Positions 1 through 8,824 of a stretch of DNA of 64,000 nucleotides are shown here, piece after piece. Position 1 is the stretch's first letter. Each line of letters starts with the position of its first letter. Under the pieces are notes generated by a model. That model was not told the DNA's origin and did no database searches. It saw only the letters and a program-made list of their open reading frames with translations. Origin of the DNA: Nitrospirales bacterium (lineage in GTDB: Bacteria > Nitrospirota > Nitrospiria > Nitrospirales > UBA8639); assembly GCA_007570995.1 (NCBI GenBank), contig RKSG01000145.1, forward strand, positions 15,181 to 79,180, written 5' to 3'. The translations under genes and the position numbers were made by a program.

Positions 1-10
1 CATTTTTCAT
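1..10 (-). CDS. possible 5' end of a leftward gene that runs out of the window (3 codons visible)
   Basis: Minus-strand ATG at 10..8, preceded about 10 nt upstream by GGAAGGAG (complement of 21..29). No product can be inferred. Confidence 0.2.
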
Positions 11-450
11 GGAACGGTCACTCCTTCCTGGGCAACGGGCATCAGTCCGAACAGGCTGCGGGAAGCGTCAAGGCCATGTCTCTTGTGCCTTCCGACAGGA
101 TTTTTACACTTCTTCTTTTGTGTTTGCAATGTGTCTTGTCTGGAGAGGTGTGTGCGACGTTTTTCCATGCCTGGCTCTCTGATGCCCGGAATCAATGAGG
201 AAGGGACACACGGTGTTGTTCCACTGGTGCGCGTTGTGCTGGTATACTTCCCGTCAATGATGGCTGTGTCTGGTTGTCGAATCTCCACGTCATGCGCTCA
301 CCATCTCTTGCGTCCGTTGGGTGTGCAACGGTGTCAGCGTGTTGATCACGAGGTACTGGCGTGCAGCTCTGTTGTCCATTCATCGAAGCGTTTTGCCTCC
401 AGGCGGCGGAATCCTCGCCAGCAGGCCATGGGCAGGCGGTCGGTTGACTG

Positions 451-987
451 ATGGGAAAAATCATTACGGGCAAGCGACTGGAGAATGAGGCGCAGCTCGC
501 CGAAAATTATATTCGCATCTATATTTTGTTCCCGTCGGGGCTGCTGGGTTTGTTGACGATGGTGATTGGCGTTGTGGCGCTGGTGTATCAGTTTTTTTTT
601 GATACGTATGATGTATGGACGTTCGGCAACAGTTCGGGGTTGATTGCTGCCGGCATTGTGCTCGGGTGGGGGCAGACACGCTATCACCGGTATATTTTCC
701 GCACCGTTCCGGAATTCTGGGCACGTCGTATGCGCGCGTCCGCGGTGCGGGGGGCGCAACGGTTCAAGAAACGTCCTCCGGACGTGGAGTTGCGACATGC
801 CGGCCGGCAGTTCGTTCCATTGGCCTATTTCCTGGGGATCGGGGGATTAGTGGGGCTGTCGGTGTGGAGTTTCAGCTCCGGGTCCCTGGGTTATATGGCA
901 GCCTTTGCGTTGCCGTGGGCGGGATTTTTCTGGGGGAAGTTGTTCACCTGGCATTCGGTGATTTCGCCTTCGGGACGCAGCAGGTAA
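451..987 (+). CDS. hypothetical integral membrane protein (about 4 predicted TM segments)
   Basis: 178-aa ORF with several long hydrophobic stretches (LLGLLTMVIGVVALVY, GLIAAGIVLGW, LAYFLGIGGLVGLSVW, MAAFALPWAGFFW). No recognisable family motif. Confidence 0.45.
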   Translation: MGKIITGKRLENEAQLAENYIRIYILFPSGLLGLLTMVIGVVALVYQFFFDTYDVWTFGNSSGLIAAGIVLGWGQTRYHRYIFRTVPEFWARRMRASAVRGAQRFKKRPPDVELRHAGRQFVPLAYFLGIGGLVGLSVWSFSSGSLGYMAAFALPWAGFFWGKLFTWHSVISPSGRSR

Positions 988-1281
988 GCCGGTTCTGGTG
1001 CGCGAGCGTACATGGCATGCCCGTTGGGGCGGGCTGGTCAGTCGCTGTCTTTGCCGTGCGCGCGGACGGTGTCACAGCTGGTGGTGCGTTGTTCGCCCCG
1101 CGCCATGGCCATGTTGAGACACACGGCACCGAGGGCGCCAGCGGCAATTGCCATAAGCAGTCAATATCCTTCCGGGTCCCCTTCCACCACTGCGCCGCGC
1201 ACGAAGCCGGCAAGAAGCGCACCGCTGGCAGCAGTGGTGGCGACGACGACGGCGCTGAGCGGAAATTTCACTTCTCATACC

Positions 1282-2364
1282 CTATGTTGACTTCTTCGTT
1301 TTGCGGGTTGGTGGCCGCTGCCCCGGTGTGACCACCGTCCCTGCCTGTCGTTTTTCCAGTGCTGCGACCCGTTGATACAGTTCGTGCAGGTGGTTCAACA
1401 GGACCTGGGTGCGGAGGGTTGTGGGGTGGTGTCTGGCTGGGCTCCCAGACAGGATGGCACCGGACGCCACGTTTTTTTCAATTCCCGCACCCGCCGCGAT
1501 TTTTACTTGATCGCCAATGGTGAGGTGATCGATCAGGCCGGCCTGTCCGCCTATCATGACGTGTTTCCCGATGGTTGTGCTGCCTGCGATCCCGACTTGT
1601 GCCACGACGAGGCCATGCTCTCCCAGCGTCACGTTGTGGGCGATTTGCACCTGGTTGTCGATTTTGGAGCCTTGCCCGATCAGTGTGCGTCCAAACGTGG
1701 CGCGATCAACGGTGACATTAGCCCCGAGTTCCACATCGTCTTCGATGACCACAATGCCGCGTTGGGGAATTTTGTGGTGGCGGCCTTCGTGCTGAATGTA
1801 TCCGAATCCGTCACTTCCAATGACCGTTCCGGCATGGATGATGACCCGCTTGCCGATCTGGCATCCGTCCAGCACGCTGACATGGGGATAGATCACCGTC
1901 TCGTCACCAATGGTCACGTCACAGCCCAGGCAGACCCCGGGGTAAATCGTCACCCGGTGCCCGATGGTCGTGCCATCTCCAATTGTGACGAACGGGCCAA
2001 TGGAGACGTCGTGTTCAATGTGGACGTCTGTGCCTTGTACAACGGTCGGGGCAATCCCGGCCTGGGGGGACGGCTTCGAGAAAAAACGCTTGCTGAGATG
2101 AATAAAGTCAAGGTGTGGTTGCTTCGAGATCAGTTGGGTGGCTTCCAGATCGGGATCGTAGACGGGCACGACCACTGCCGAGGCGCATGATCGTCTGGCG
2201 ACGTCCGTCAACTGCTTGCTGGACAGACAGGCAAGATCACCCGATGCGGCTTCTTCGAGACTGTTGACCCCGGTAATGTGGAGATGTGACGGGCCATGGA
2301 TTTGTGCGTGAATGGCGTCGGCTAATTCGGTGAGCCGGTAGCCTGCTGCCGGTGGGTGCGTCAT
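1282..2364 (-). CDS. lpxD: UDP-3-O-(3-hydroxyacyl)glucosamine N-acyltransferase
   Basis: Left-handed beta-helix hexapeptide repeats. LpxD signatures are present: GSDGFGY, KIPQ.G.V.I.DDVELGANVTVDRA and IDNQVQIAHNV. The start overlaps the ACP stop (ATGA at 2364..2361). Confidence 0.92.
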   Translation of the reverse strand: MTHPPAAGYRLTELADAIHAQIHGPSHLHITGVNSLEEAASGDLACLSSKQLTDVARRSCASAVVVPVYDPDLEATQLISKQPHLDFIHLSKRFFSKPSPQAGIAPTVVQGTDVHIEHDVSIGPFVTIGDGTTIGHRVTIYPGVCLGCDVTIGDETVIYPHVSVLDGCQIGKRVIIHAGTVIGSDGFGYIQHEGRHHKIPQRGIVVIEDDVELGANVTVDRATFGRTLIGQGSKIDNQVQIAHNVTLGEHGLVVAQVGIAGSTTIGKHVMIGGQAGLIDHLTIGDQVKIAAGAGIEKNVASGAILSGSPARHHPTTLRTQVLLNHLHELYQRVAALEKRQAGTVVTPGQRPPTRKTKKST

Positions 2365-2831
2365 TGCTTTTTCCCTTTGCCTTTGGCGGCGGCTTTGGGT
2401 TTCTCGGCTTTTCCGGTGGTTCTGGCCCTCGGTGTGGACGGGACGGGTGCGTTATTGATTGCGGGGGAGTCTGTGCTGGCCAGGCCGCTTTTTGTCCTGG
2501 AGCGGGTGGCTCCGGGGGCGGCTTTCGTGTGAGCGGAACGGGCAGGGGACGGAGGGACGCCTGTGGATGTGGCCGGAAGGGGTGGGGGAGTGACTCGGGC
2601 TTCGACGTAGGTGATGACGTCGCCCAACGTCTGCAAGTTGGGCAGGTCTTCATTGGGAATTTCGAGGTCAAACGCTTTTTCCAGTTCGTATAACCATTCA
2701 AAGAGCACCAGGGAATCTAACCCCAGATCGTCGCGAAGGTGATTCTCGGGATGGATCGTTGAAGGCTCCCGTTGCAGCGACGTCGCCAGGGCTTCTTGAA
2801 TCTGCTGCCCAATCGGAGACAAATCCGTCAT
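2361..2831 (-). CDS. acyl carrier protein with a 76-aa Pro/Ala/Lys-rich C-terminal tail
   Basis: ACP fold with the phosphopantetheine site DLGLDSL. The ORF is open up to 2861, but the ATG at 2831 has AAGGAAA about 8 nt upstream, so I prefer it. The same frame continues for 76 low-complexity codons after ...YVEARV. Confidence 0.8.
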   Translation of the reverse strand: MTDLSPIGQQIQEALATSLQREPSTIHPENHLRDDLGLDSLVLFEWLYELEKAFDLEIPNEDLPNLQTLGDVITYVEARVTPPPLPATSTGVPPSPARSAHTKAAPGATRSRTKSGLASTDSPAINNAPVPSTPRARTTGKAEKPKAAAKGKGKKQ

Positions 2832-2888
2832 TCCCGTTTCCTTTTCGTTTGCAGGTGTCATTGTTTGTTCGAGATGTTGCTGGTTTTT

Positions 2889-4148
2889 TCAGCGCGCAGC
2901 CGGTCGTTTAAATACCAAAACGCCGTTGTTACTGCCAAATCCAAACGCATTGACGATGGCAACATTGATGCGGCTTTGCCGGGGGTGTGAGGATATCCCG
3001 TCCAGCCGACATTCGGGGTCGGGATCTTCATAATTAGGTGTCGGGTGGATCAGGTTCGTTTTCATGGCCAGCAGGGTCGTCACAGCTCCGATTGCGCCGG
3101 CGGCCCCAAGGGTATGCCCGATCAACGATTTGGTCGCGTTGATGAGGACGGTATTGGCGCGACGTCGAAACACGCGACGGAGTCCGCGGATTTCCGCTTC
3201 GTCTCCGATGAGGGTGGACGTCGCATGGGCATTCACATAGTCAACGTCTGCCGGTCCGGTTCTGGCATCGTGCAGGGCGAGTGTGATGGTCCTGGCAATG
3301 TCGGTGCCGTCTTCCCTGGGCATCACCATGTGGTACGCTTCGCTCGTTGAGGCGTAACCGGCGAGTTCGGCGTAGATCCTGGCGCGTCGCCGTTTCGCAT
3401 GTTGCAGGGTTTCAAGAATCAGAACGCCGGCCCCCTCGCCCATGACGAACCCGTCGCGGCCGCGATCAAACGGGCGGGACGCGCGGGTAGGCTCCTCATT
3501 GTATTTGCTGGACAGGGTGCGAAGTGAGCAGAAACCCGCGAAGACCAGAGGGGTAATGCTGGCATCTGCTCCCACGGCAATGACCACGTCTGCCTTCCCT
3601 GCGCGAATGGTTTGCAGTGCCTGCCCGATGGCATGGATGCTCGACGAACAGGCCGTTGAGATGGTGAGGTTGGGGCCTTTCGCGCCAAAGAGCGTGGCAA
3701 GAATGCCCGAGGCCGAATTGAGGGTGATGGCGGGGATAAAGCCGGGAGACACGCGATGGGGCTTGTGCGTGTCATAGAGTTCGGAGATTTCACGTTCCCC
3801 CATCACCATGCCGCCCATGCCCGCACCTACCATCACCCCGACGCGTTCCGGCATTTCGTTTTCCAGACAAAGATCCGCATCAGTCAGCGCTTCTCTGGCC
3901 GCGACCAGTCCGAGTTGCGCATAGCGATCCACGCGACTGGCCAGGGGAGCATCGCGGGAATCGGGAGGGGGGACATGCCGAATTTGTCCCGCAATCCGCG
4001 ATCGGTAGCGTTCAGCCGGAAAGTCGGGAAACGACTCGAGTCTGGTGATTCCGGAATGACCTGCGATCGCATTGTCCCAGAAGACATCAGTGCCGATGCC
4101 AATGGGACTGACAATGCCGAGGCCGGTAACGACGACTGTGGGTGCCAT
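2889..4148 (-). CDS. fabF: beta-ketoacyl-ACP synthase II (KAS II, FabF-like)
   Basis: 419 aa. The Cys-His-His triad contexts are present (TACSSS, NAHATSTLIGD, GHTLGAAG), as is the catalytic-Lys context ATKSLIGH. Confidence 0.9.
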   Translation of the reverse strand: MAPTVVVTGLGIVSPIGIGTDVFWDNAIAGHSGITRLESFPDFPAERYRSRIAGQIRHVPPPDSRDAPLASRVDRYAQLGLVAAREALTDADLCLENEMPERVGVMVGAGMGGMVMGEREISELYDTHKPHRVSPGFIPAITLNSASGILATLFGAKGPNLTISTACSSSIHAIGQALQTIRAGKADVVIAVGADASITPLVFAGFCSLRTLSSKYNEEPTRASRPFDRGRDGFVMGEGAGVLILETLQHAKRRRARIYAELAGYASTSEAYHMVMPREDGTDIARTITLALHDARTGPADVDYVNAHATSTLIGDEAEIRGLRRVFRRRANTVLINATKSLIGHTLGAAGAIGAVTTLLAMKTNLIHPTPNYEDPDPECRLDGISSHPRQSRINVAIVNAFGFGSNNGVLVFKRPAAR

Positions 4149-4203
4149 GGTGTGTCAGGTGCCGTGGGGACCATTCATTGCGTGAGGTGCCGTGTTGGTG
4201 GGC

Positions 4204-5298
4204 TTAGTATCGTACTTTCAGAAACAGGTTGAGACTCACGATCAGAAACATCACGCACGTGATCCACGCTGCCACGACGGGGAGTAATGCGCCACTCCTG
4301 CCCAACCCGATACTCAGGAAATGCACGGCCCAGAATACAAACCCGATGCCCAGTGCTTTCCCGATGTTTCTGGCAAGGCCGGGCGTGTGGGTGTCAATGT
4401 CCAGCAGCCCGATGGACATGCCGAGCACCGACATGATCACCGCGGCACAGGCATACGCCATGCGTCCCCAGTAGTCGGTCAGGAGCCGTGCTGTCTTGTG
4501 TCCCTCGTGTCGCACGTGCTCGATGTGCGTGCCGAGTTGAGCCAGCGTCATCTGTTCCGGTTTGAGCGAGATCCACGTTTTGATGTCGTTGGGTGTCAGG
4601 GACAGGTTCAGGGGTAGCGTGGGATGCTGTGTCATACGGATCCTGCCGCGTGGGCCAATCGCCCGCTGGGTCACCTGCTGCAAGACCCATTGCCCTGCGG
4701 CGAAACTGGCACTGGCTGACGAGGTGAATTCGTGCAGTCGAAAGTGATCGTCCATCCGGTAGAGTGTCACCTGGTGCAACGTGTCACCCTCGGGATCCAC
4801 GTGCTGGACGTGCATAATTGAATCGGTTTGGAAACGCAACCACAGATTGTCGGTCCTGAAGGACAACGATTGCGGGTTGTGGCGGATTTCGACCGTTCTG
4901 ATGTACTCCGCTCTGGCATTGGCCAAGGGCACGACGACGGCTGCGAATTCAAGAAGGATGACGGTGACGAGGCTGCCGACTGCCAGGAGCGGCATCGTAA
5001 CATGCAGGATACTGGCCCCACAACTTCGCATCGCGGTGATTTCATGGTGTTTGTTGAGCAGGCCGATGGCAAGGAGCGAAGCGATGAGCACGGCAAGCGG
5101 TGCGACGGTGTAGATCACCTCCGGGGTTTTGAAGAAAAAATACATGAAGACGGACGACAATTCCGCATCATGTCGGAGGAACTTACGCAGTTTCTCGAAG
5201 AAATCGACCACCAGGTAAATGGTGGTCAATCCGGTGAGACACAATACCAGAATTTTGAGGTAATGTCGGACGATATACCAGAACAGAATGCCCATCAT
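4204..5298 (-). CDS. lptG: LPS export ABC transporter permease LptG (YjgP/YjgQ family)
   Basis: 364 aa with the typical YjgP/YjgQ topology: N-terminal TM helices, a periplasmic beta-jellyroll stretch, then C-terminal TM helices. The start overlaps the lptF stop (ATGA at 5298). Confidence 0.85.
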   Translation of the reverse strand: MMGILFWYIVRHYLKILVLCLTGLTTIYLVVDFFEKLRKFLRHDAELSSVFMYFFFKTPEVIYTVAPLAVLIASLLAIGLLNKHHEITAMRSCGASILHVTMPLLAVGSLVTVILLEFAAVVVPLANARAEYIRTVEIRHNPQSLSFRTDNLWLRFQTDSIMHVQHVDPEGDTLHQVTLYRMDDHFRLHEFTSSASASFAAGQWVLQQVTQRAIGPRGRIRMTQHPTLPLNLSLTPNDIKTWISLKPEQMTLAQLGTHIEHVRHEGHKTARLLTDYWGRMAYACAAVIMSVLGMSIGLLDIDTHTPGLARNIGKALGIGFVFWAVHFLSIGLGRSGALLPVVAAWITCVMFLIVSLNLFLKVRY

Positions 5299-6383
5299 CA
5301 GTGCCGGCTCGCCCGGTGGAACAGCAATCCTGCGATGAGGAGGAGGCAGACGTTGGGGAACCAGGCACCGGCAAAGGGATGAAGGATACGGGCCGTGACC
5401 CCGAACTCTCCCAGGACGTTGAGCACATAATACCCCACCATGATGGCGATTCCCAGAACAAAGTCGCCAAGGTGTCCTGACCGACTGGAGAGGATGCCGA
5501 CCGGGACACCCAGGATGCCAAGAAGGAAGGTGGCCACGGGAAAGGCGAGGTCTTTGTAGTATTCCATGAGGCGACGCAGCATGCCGCTGTCCTGCCAGCC
5601 GGATTGCTCCAGTGCGGCCATAATGTGCTGGTAGTCGGGACGTGTGGGCGTTTCGACGCCGAGTGTCGAGGCCAGATCCATTTTGATGTCATAGGTCGTG
5701 AATGCGACCTGGTGATAGTGCTCCACGTTGCGGGGGGCCTGGTGTATCGTGCCTTCATGCAACCGGAGACCGAATTGTTCGTGGGCGGGGGTGTTGAGCA
5801 TGTGGAACGATCTGGCGGTGATGATTAACGGTCTGTCCGGATCGCGGCGATCCGCGATGAAAATGCCCCTGGCCGGTCCCCCGTGCTTGGGCTCCGGAAC
5901 AAACAGCATCATGTTATCCATGGGTTCCTGAAACGTGCCGTGGTCCAGTGCCAACTGCACGTTGTCCCGCATCAGGCTGATGGCCAGTTTTTTTAAGGAG
6001 ATTGACGACCACGGTTGTCCCCATTGCGACAGGCCCAGGGTGGCAAGGAACACGAGCGACGAAAAGACCAGAACGGGCATGGTGATTCTGAACAGGCTGA
6101 GCCCGGCTGTTCGCATGGCCACGATTTCACTGTCAAAGGACAGGCGACTGAAGGCGGCAATGGAGGCAATCAAACAGGCCATTGGAAGTGTGAGCACCAG
6201 AAACGACGGCATGAGATGGCCGATGATCTGCAACACGGCCAGCAGCCCGATCCCTTTGCCGACCAGCAACTCAACCAACCGCAGCATCTCTTTCGTCAAC
6301 ACGAGAAAACACAGGATGGCAAGGCTGATGCTGAAAGGGGGCAGAAGCTCTTTCAGGATGTACCGGTCAAGGATTGTGGTCAT
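5298..6383 (-). CDS. lptF: LPS export ABC transporter permease LptF (YjgP/YjgQ family)
   Basis: The family N-terminus MTTILDRYILKELLPPF begins at the ATG at 6383. The 146 codons further upstream in the 5298..6821 ORF are Arg/His/Pro-rich and non-protein-like, so I trimmed them. Confidence 0.85.
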   Translation of the reverse strand: MTTILDRYILKELLPPFSISLAILCFLVLTKEMLRLVELLVGKGIGLLAVLQIIGHLMPSFLVLTLPMACLIASIAAFSRLSFDSEIVAMRTAGLSLFRITMPVLVFSSLVFLATLGLSQWGQPWSSISLKKLAISLMRDNVQLALDHGTFQEPMDNMMLFVPEPKHGGPARGIFIADRRDPDRPLIITARSFHMLNTPAHEQFGLRLHEGTIHQAPRNVEHYHQVAFTTYDIKMDLASTLGVETPTRPDYQHIMAALEQSGWQDSGMLRRLMEYYKDLAFPVATFLLGILGVPVGILSSRSGHLGDFVLGIAIMVGYYVLNVLGEFGVTARILHPFAGAWFPNVCLLLIAGLLFHRASRH

Positions 6384-6662
6384 GGAAATGTGACGAGGAA
6401 TGTCTTCCCCCCTTCCTGTACCGGGGAGACGCAAAATCATACCAGTATGGCCTGGGGACTGTAAACGGGCTTTCATGTTGGCGCGATCTCGTCTCGCGTG
6501 ATGCGCCAGATTCCCAGACGGCGTGTCGGTATGGCCCTCGCCGCCTGAGATTGAGTCCGGTCCCGTATGTCCTGACATGGCCCCGGCATGTAATGGGCTT
6601 TGCTTGCACGGCGGCAGGTGTGGTAAGTGTGCTGGCATGCTCTGTGAGGCAATGAACCGGCA

Positions 6663-7223
6663 ATGAGCGTCCGAACGGAACACGCACATGCCCAGCCTCG
6701 TCGGTCTTTCACGGCCGCGACGTTGAAACGCATCCGGCTTTTTGCGACCGATGTTGACGGGGTTATGACAGATGGGGGGCTGTACTATTCCGACTCGGGT
6801 GAGCAGGCCAAGAAGTTTCATGCGTGGGATGGTCTGGGGTTGGAACTGTTACGGAAGGCCGGGCTTGTGACGGCGCTGGTGACCCTGGACCAGACCAACC
6901 TGGTGCCTGTACGGGCCGCCAAACTCGGCATTGTGGAAGTTCATCAGGGCGTGCTGGATAAACTGGCGACATTGAAAATGTTGTCGGTCAAATATGAAAT
7001 CGGACTTGAAGAAATGGCGTATGTTGGGGACGATCTGACCGATGTGCCGGCTCTCCGTGCGGTCGGCTTTTCCGCGACTCCCGCCGATGGACGGGCTCAG
7101 GTTCGGGAAGCCGTTCAGTATGTCTGCACGGCCAAAGGCGGGGAGGGGGCGGTTCGCGAAGTTGCTGACTTGATTCTGTCGGCTCTGGATTTTCATTACG
7201 ACACGGGCCAGCCAGGCCCGTGA
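6663..7223 (+). CDS. kdsC: 3-deoxy-D-manno-octulosonate 8-phosphate phosphatase (HAD-IIIA)
   Basis: HAD motif I FATDVDGVMTDG, followed by YVGDDLTDVPAL. The length and order of motifs are typical of KdsC. Confidence 0.85.
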   Translation: MSVRTEHAHAQPRRSFTAATLKRIRLFATDVDGVMTDGGLYYSDSGEQAKKFHAWDGLGLELLRKAGLVTALVTLDQTNLVPVRAAKLGIVEVHQGVLDKLATLKMLSVKYEIGLEEMAYVGDDLTDVPALRAVGFSATPADGRAQVREAVQYVCTAKGGEGAVREVADLILSALDFHYDTGQPGP

Positions 7224-7339
7224 CGCCATCGGCGATCCTGCCACCAGTCACCCGTTGTGGCTTTGCTCAACAGGTGGAGAGGGCAATCTGTGGATCGCAC
7301 TGATACCATGGTCATCGGGTCATACGGAATTCCTGTGAG

Positions 7340-8824
7340 ATGTCGGTGAAACACTCCCACTTGTATGCGGTTATTCTTGCGGGCGGGAGCGGAACCCGTT
7401 TTTGGCCCCTCAGTCGGGCACTGTTTCCGAAACAGCTGCTGCAGGTTGTTGGAGGGAAAGGAGACGGGTCTCTTCTTCAACAGACGGTTCGGCGTGCGTT
7501 GCGTGTTGTCCCTGCCAGGTGCACGTGCGTGGTGACCAGTGCTGCGCAAGCCGATGCGGTCAGGTTGCAGTTGTCGGATTGGCACGATGCGCTGGTCGAC
7601 AATGTTGTGCTTGAACCGGAAGGTCGCAACACTGCGCCGGCCATTGGCCTCGCCGCGCTGTGGTTGTTACGTCGCGATGCCGATGCAACGATGCTGGTCC
7701 TGCCGGCGGATCATGTTGTGAAAGGGGACAGGGCGTTCAGGCAGGCTGTCTCCCTGGGGTATCAACTGGCTCAACAGGGGAACCTGGTGACGTTTGGGAT
7801 CCATCCGACTACCCCTAATACAGGATATGGCTATATTCAGCCGAACAGGCGGTCGTGTGTGGGCAGGCTGGGCGCACTTTCAGGCTATGCGGTCGAACGT
7901 TTTGTAGAGAAACCCGATCTGAAACGGGCCCGGCTCTTTTTGAAGGCTGGCGGGTATGTGTGGAACAGCGGAATGTTTATGTGGCGCGTCGATGCCCTGC
8001 TGGAAGCCTACGCGCGCCATCAACCCGGGCTGATCAAAGCACTACGGGCCATTGACACCATGATGCAGGCAGGACAACCCGCAGACCGGATTGCCAGGCA
8101 CTATCGCCGCCTCGAGTCAGTCTCGATTGATTATGGGGTGATGGAACGCTCGTCGCGCACGGCGGTGGTCCCGGTTGATTTTGTCTGGTCAGATATCGGG
8201 ACATGGAGCAGCCTGAACAGTGTGGCTCACCGTGACAGGCGGGGAAATGTGGTGAGGGGGAACGTCGTTGATCTGGACAGTGAACGCTCGGTGTTGTGGG
8301 CCACGAAGCGGCTTGTTGGCACGGTCGGGCTTTCCGATATGGTGGTGGTGGATACACCTGACGCGACGCTGGTCTGTCCCAAGTCCCGCTCCCAGGACGT
8401 TAAGACGCTGGTGGACATGTTGCGGAAACGCGCGGCGCCGGAGCAGTTGGAGCATGTGGTGGTGTATCGTCCCTGGGGATCGTACACCGTTCTCGAAGAA
8501 CAACCGGGGCATAAGGTTAAGCGTATTTGCGTGTTGCCCGGGCAGAGGTTGTCGCTTCAAATGCACTACCAACGCAGCGAACATTGGGTGGTGATTGCAG
8601 GGACGGCTCGGGTGACTCGTGGCAGGACGGTGTTTGATGTCGGTCAGGGAGAGCATGTGCTGATTCCGAAACGGACCAAACACCGGTTGGAAAATCAGGG
8701 CATGTCTCCTCTCGAAATCATTGAAGTCCAGAGTGGTGCCTACTTGGGCGAGGATGATATTGTGCGGTATCACGATGATTACGGGCGCAGTGCACGGCAT
8801 GTTTCCGGGAAAGTTGTTCCATGA
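7340..8824 (+). CDS. manC: bifunctional mannose-1-phosphate guanylyltransferase / mannose-6-phosphate isomerase
   Basis: N-terminal ILAGGSGTRFWPLSR nucleotidyltransferase motif. The C-terminal cupin has QMHYQRSEHWVV...G....IP....HRLEN. Confidence 0.9.
   Translation: MSVKHSHLYAVILAGGSGTRFWPLSRALFPKQLLQVVGGKGDGSLLQQTVRRALRVVPARCTCVVTSAAQADAVRLQLSDWHDALVDNVVLEPEGRNTAPAIGLAALWLLRRDADATMLVLPADHVVKGDRAFRQAVSLGYQLAQQGNLVTFGIHPTTPNTGYGYIQPNRRSCVGRLGALSGYAVERFVEKPDLKRARLFLKAGGYVWNSGMFMWRVDALLEAYARHQPGLIKALRAIDTMMQAGQPADRIARHYRRLESVSIDYGVMERSSRTAVVPVDFVWSDIGTWSSLNSVAHRDRRGNVVRGNVVDLDSERSVLWATKRLVGTVGLSDMVVVDTPDATLVCPKSRSQDVKTLVDMLRKRAAPEQLEHVVVYRPWGSYTVLEEQPGHKVKRICVLPGQRLSLQMHYQRSEHWVVIAGTARVTRGRTVFDVGQGEHVLIPKRTKHRLENQGMSPLEIIEVQSGAYLGEDDIVRYHDDYGRSARHVSGKVVP

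Noticed and set aside
11-450. Overlapping ORFs of 93-150 aa in the first 450 nt (both strands)
   Set aside because: All have Cys/Arg/His-rich, non-protein-like translations and mutually overlap. I treat the region as a long divergent intergenic/promoter region.
6384-6821. 146-codon N-terminal extension of the lptF ORF
   Set aside because: The extension is Arg/His/Pro/Gly-rich with no TM or family similarity. The conserved LptF N-terminus begins exactly at the ATG at 6383.
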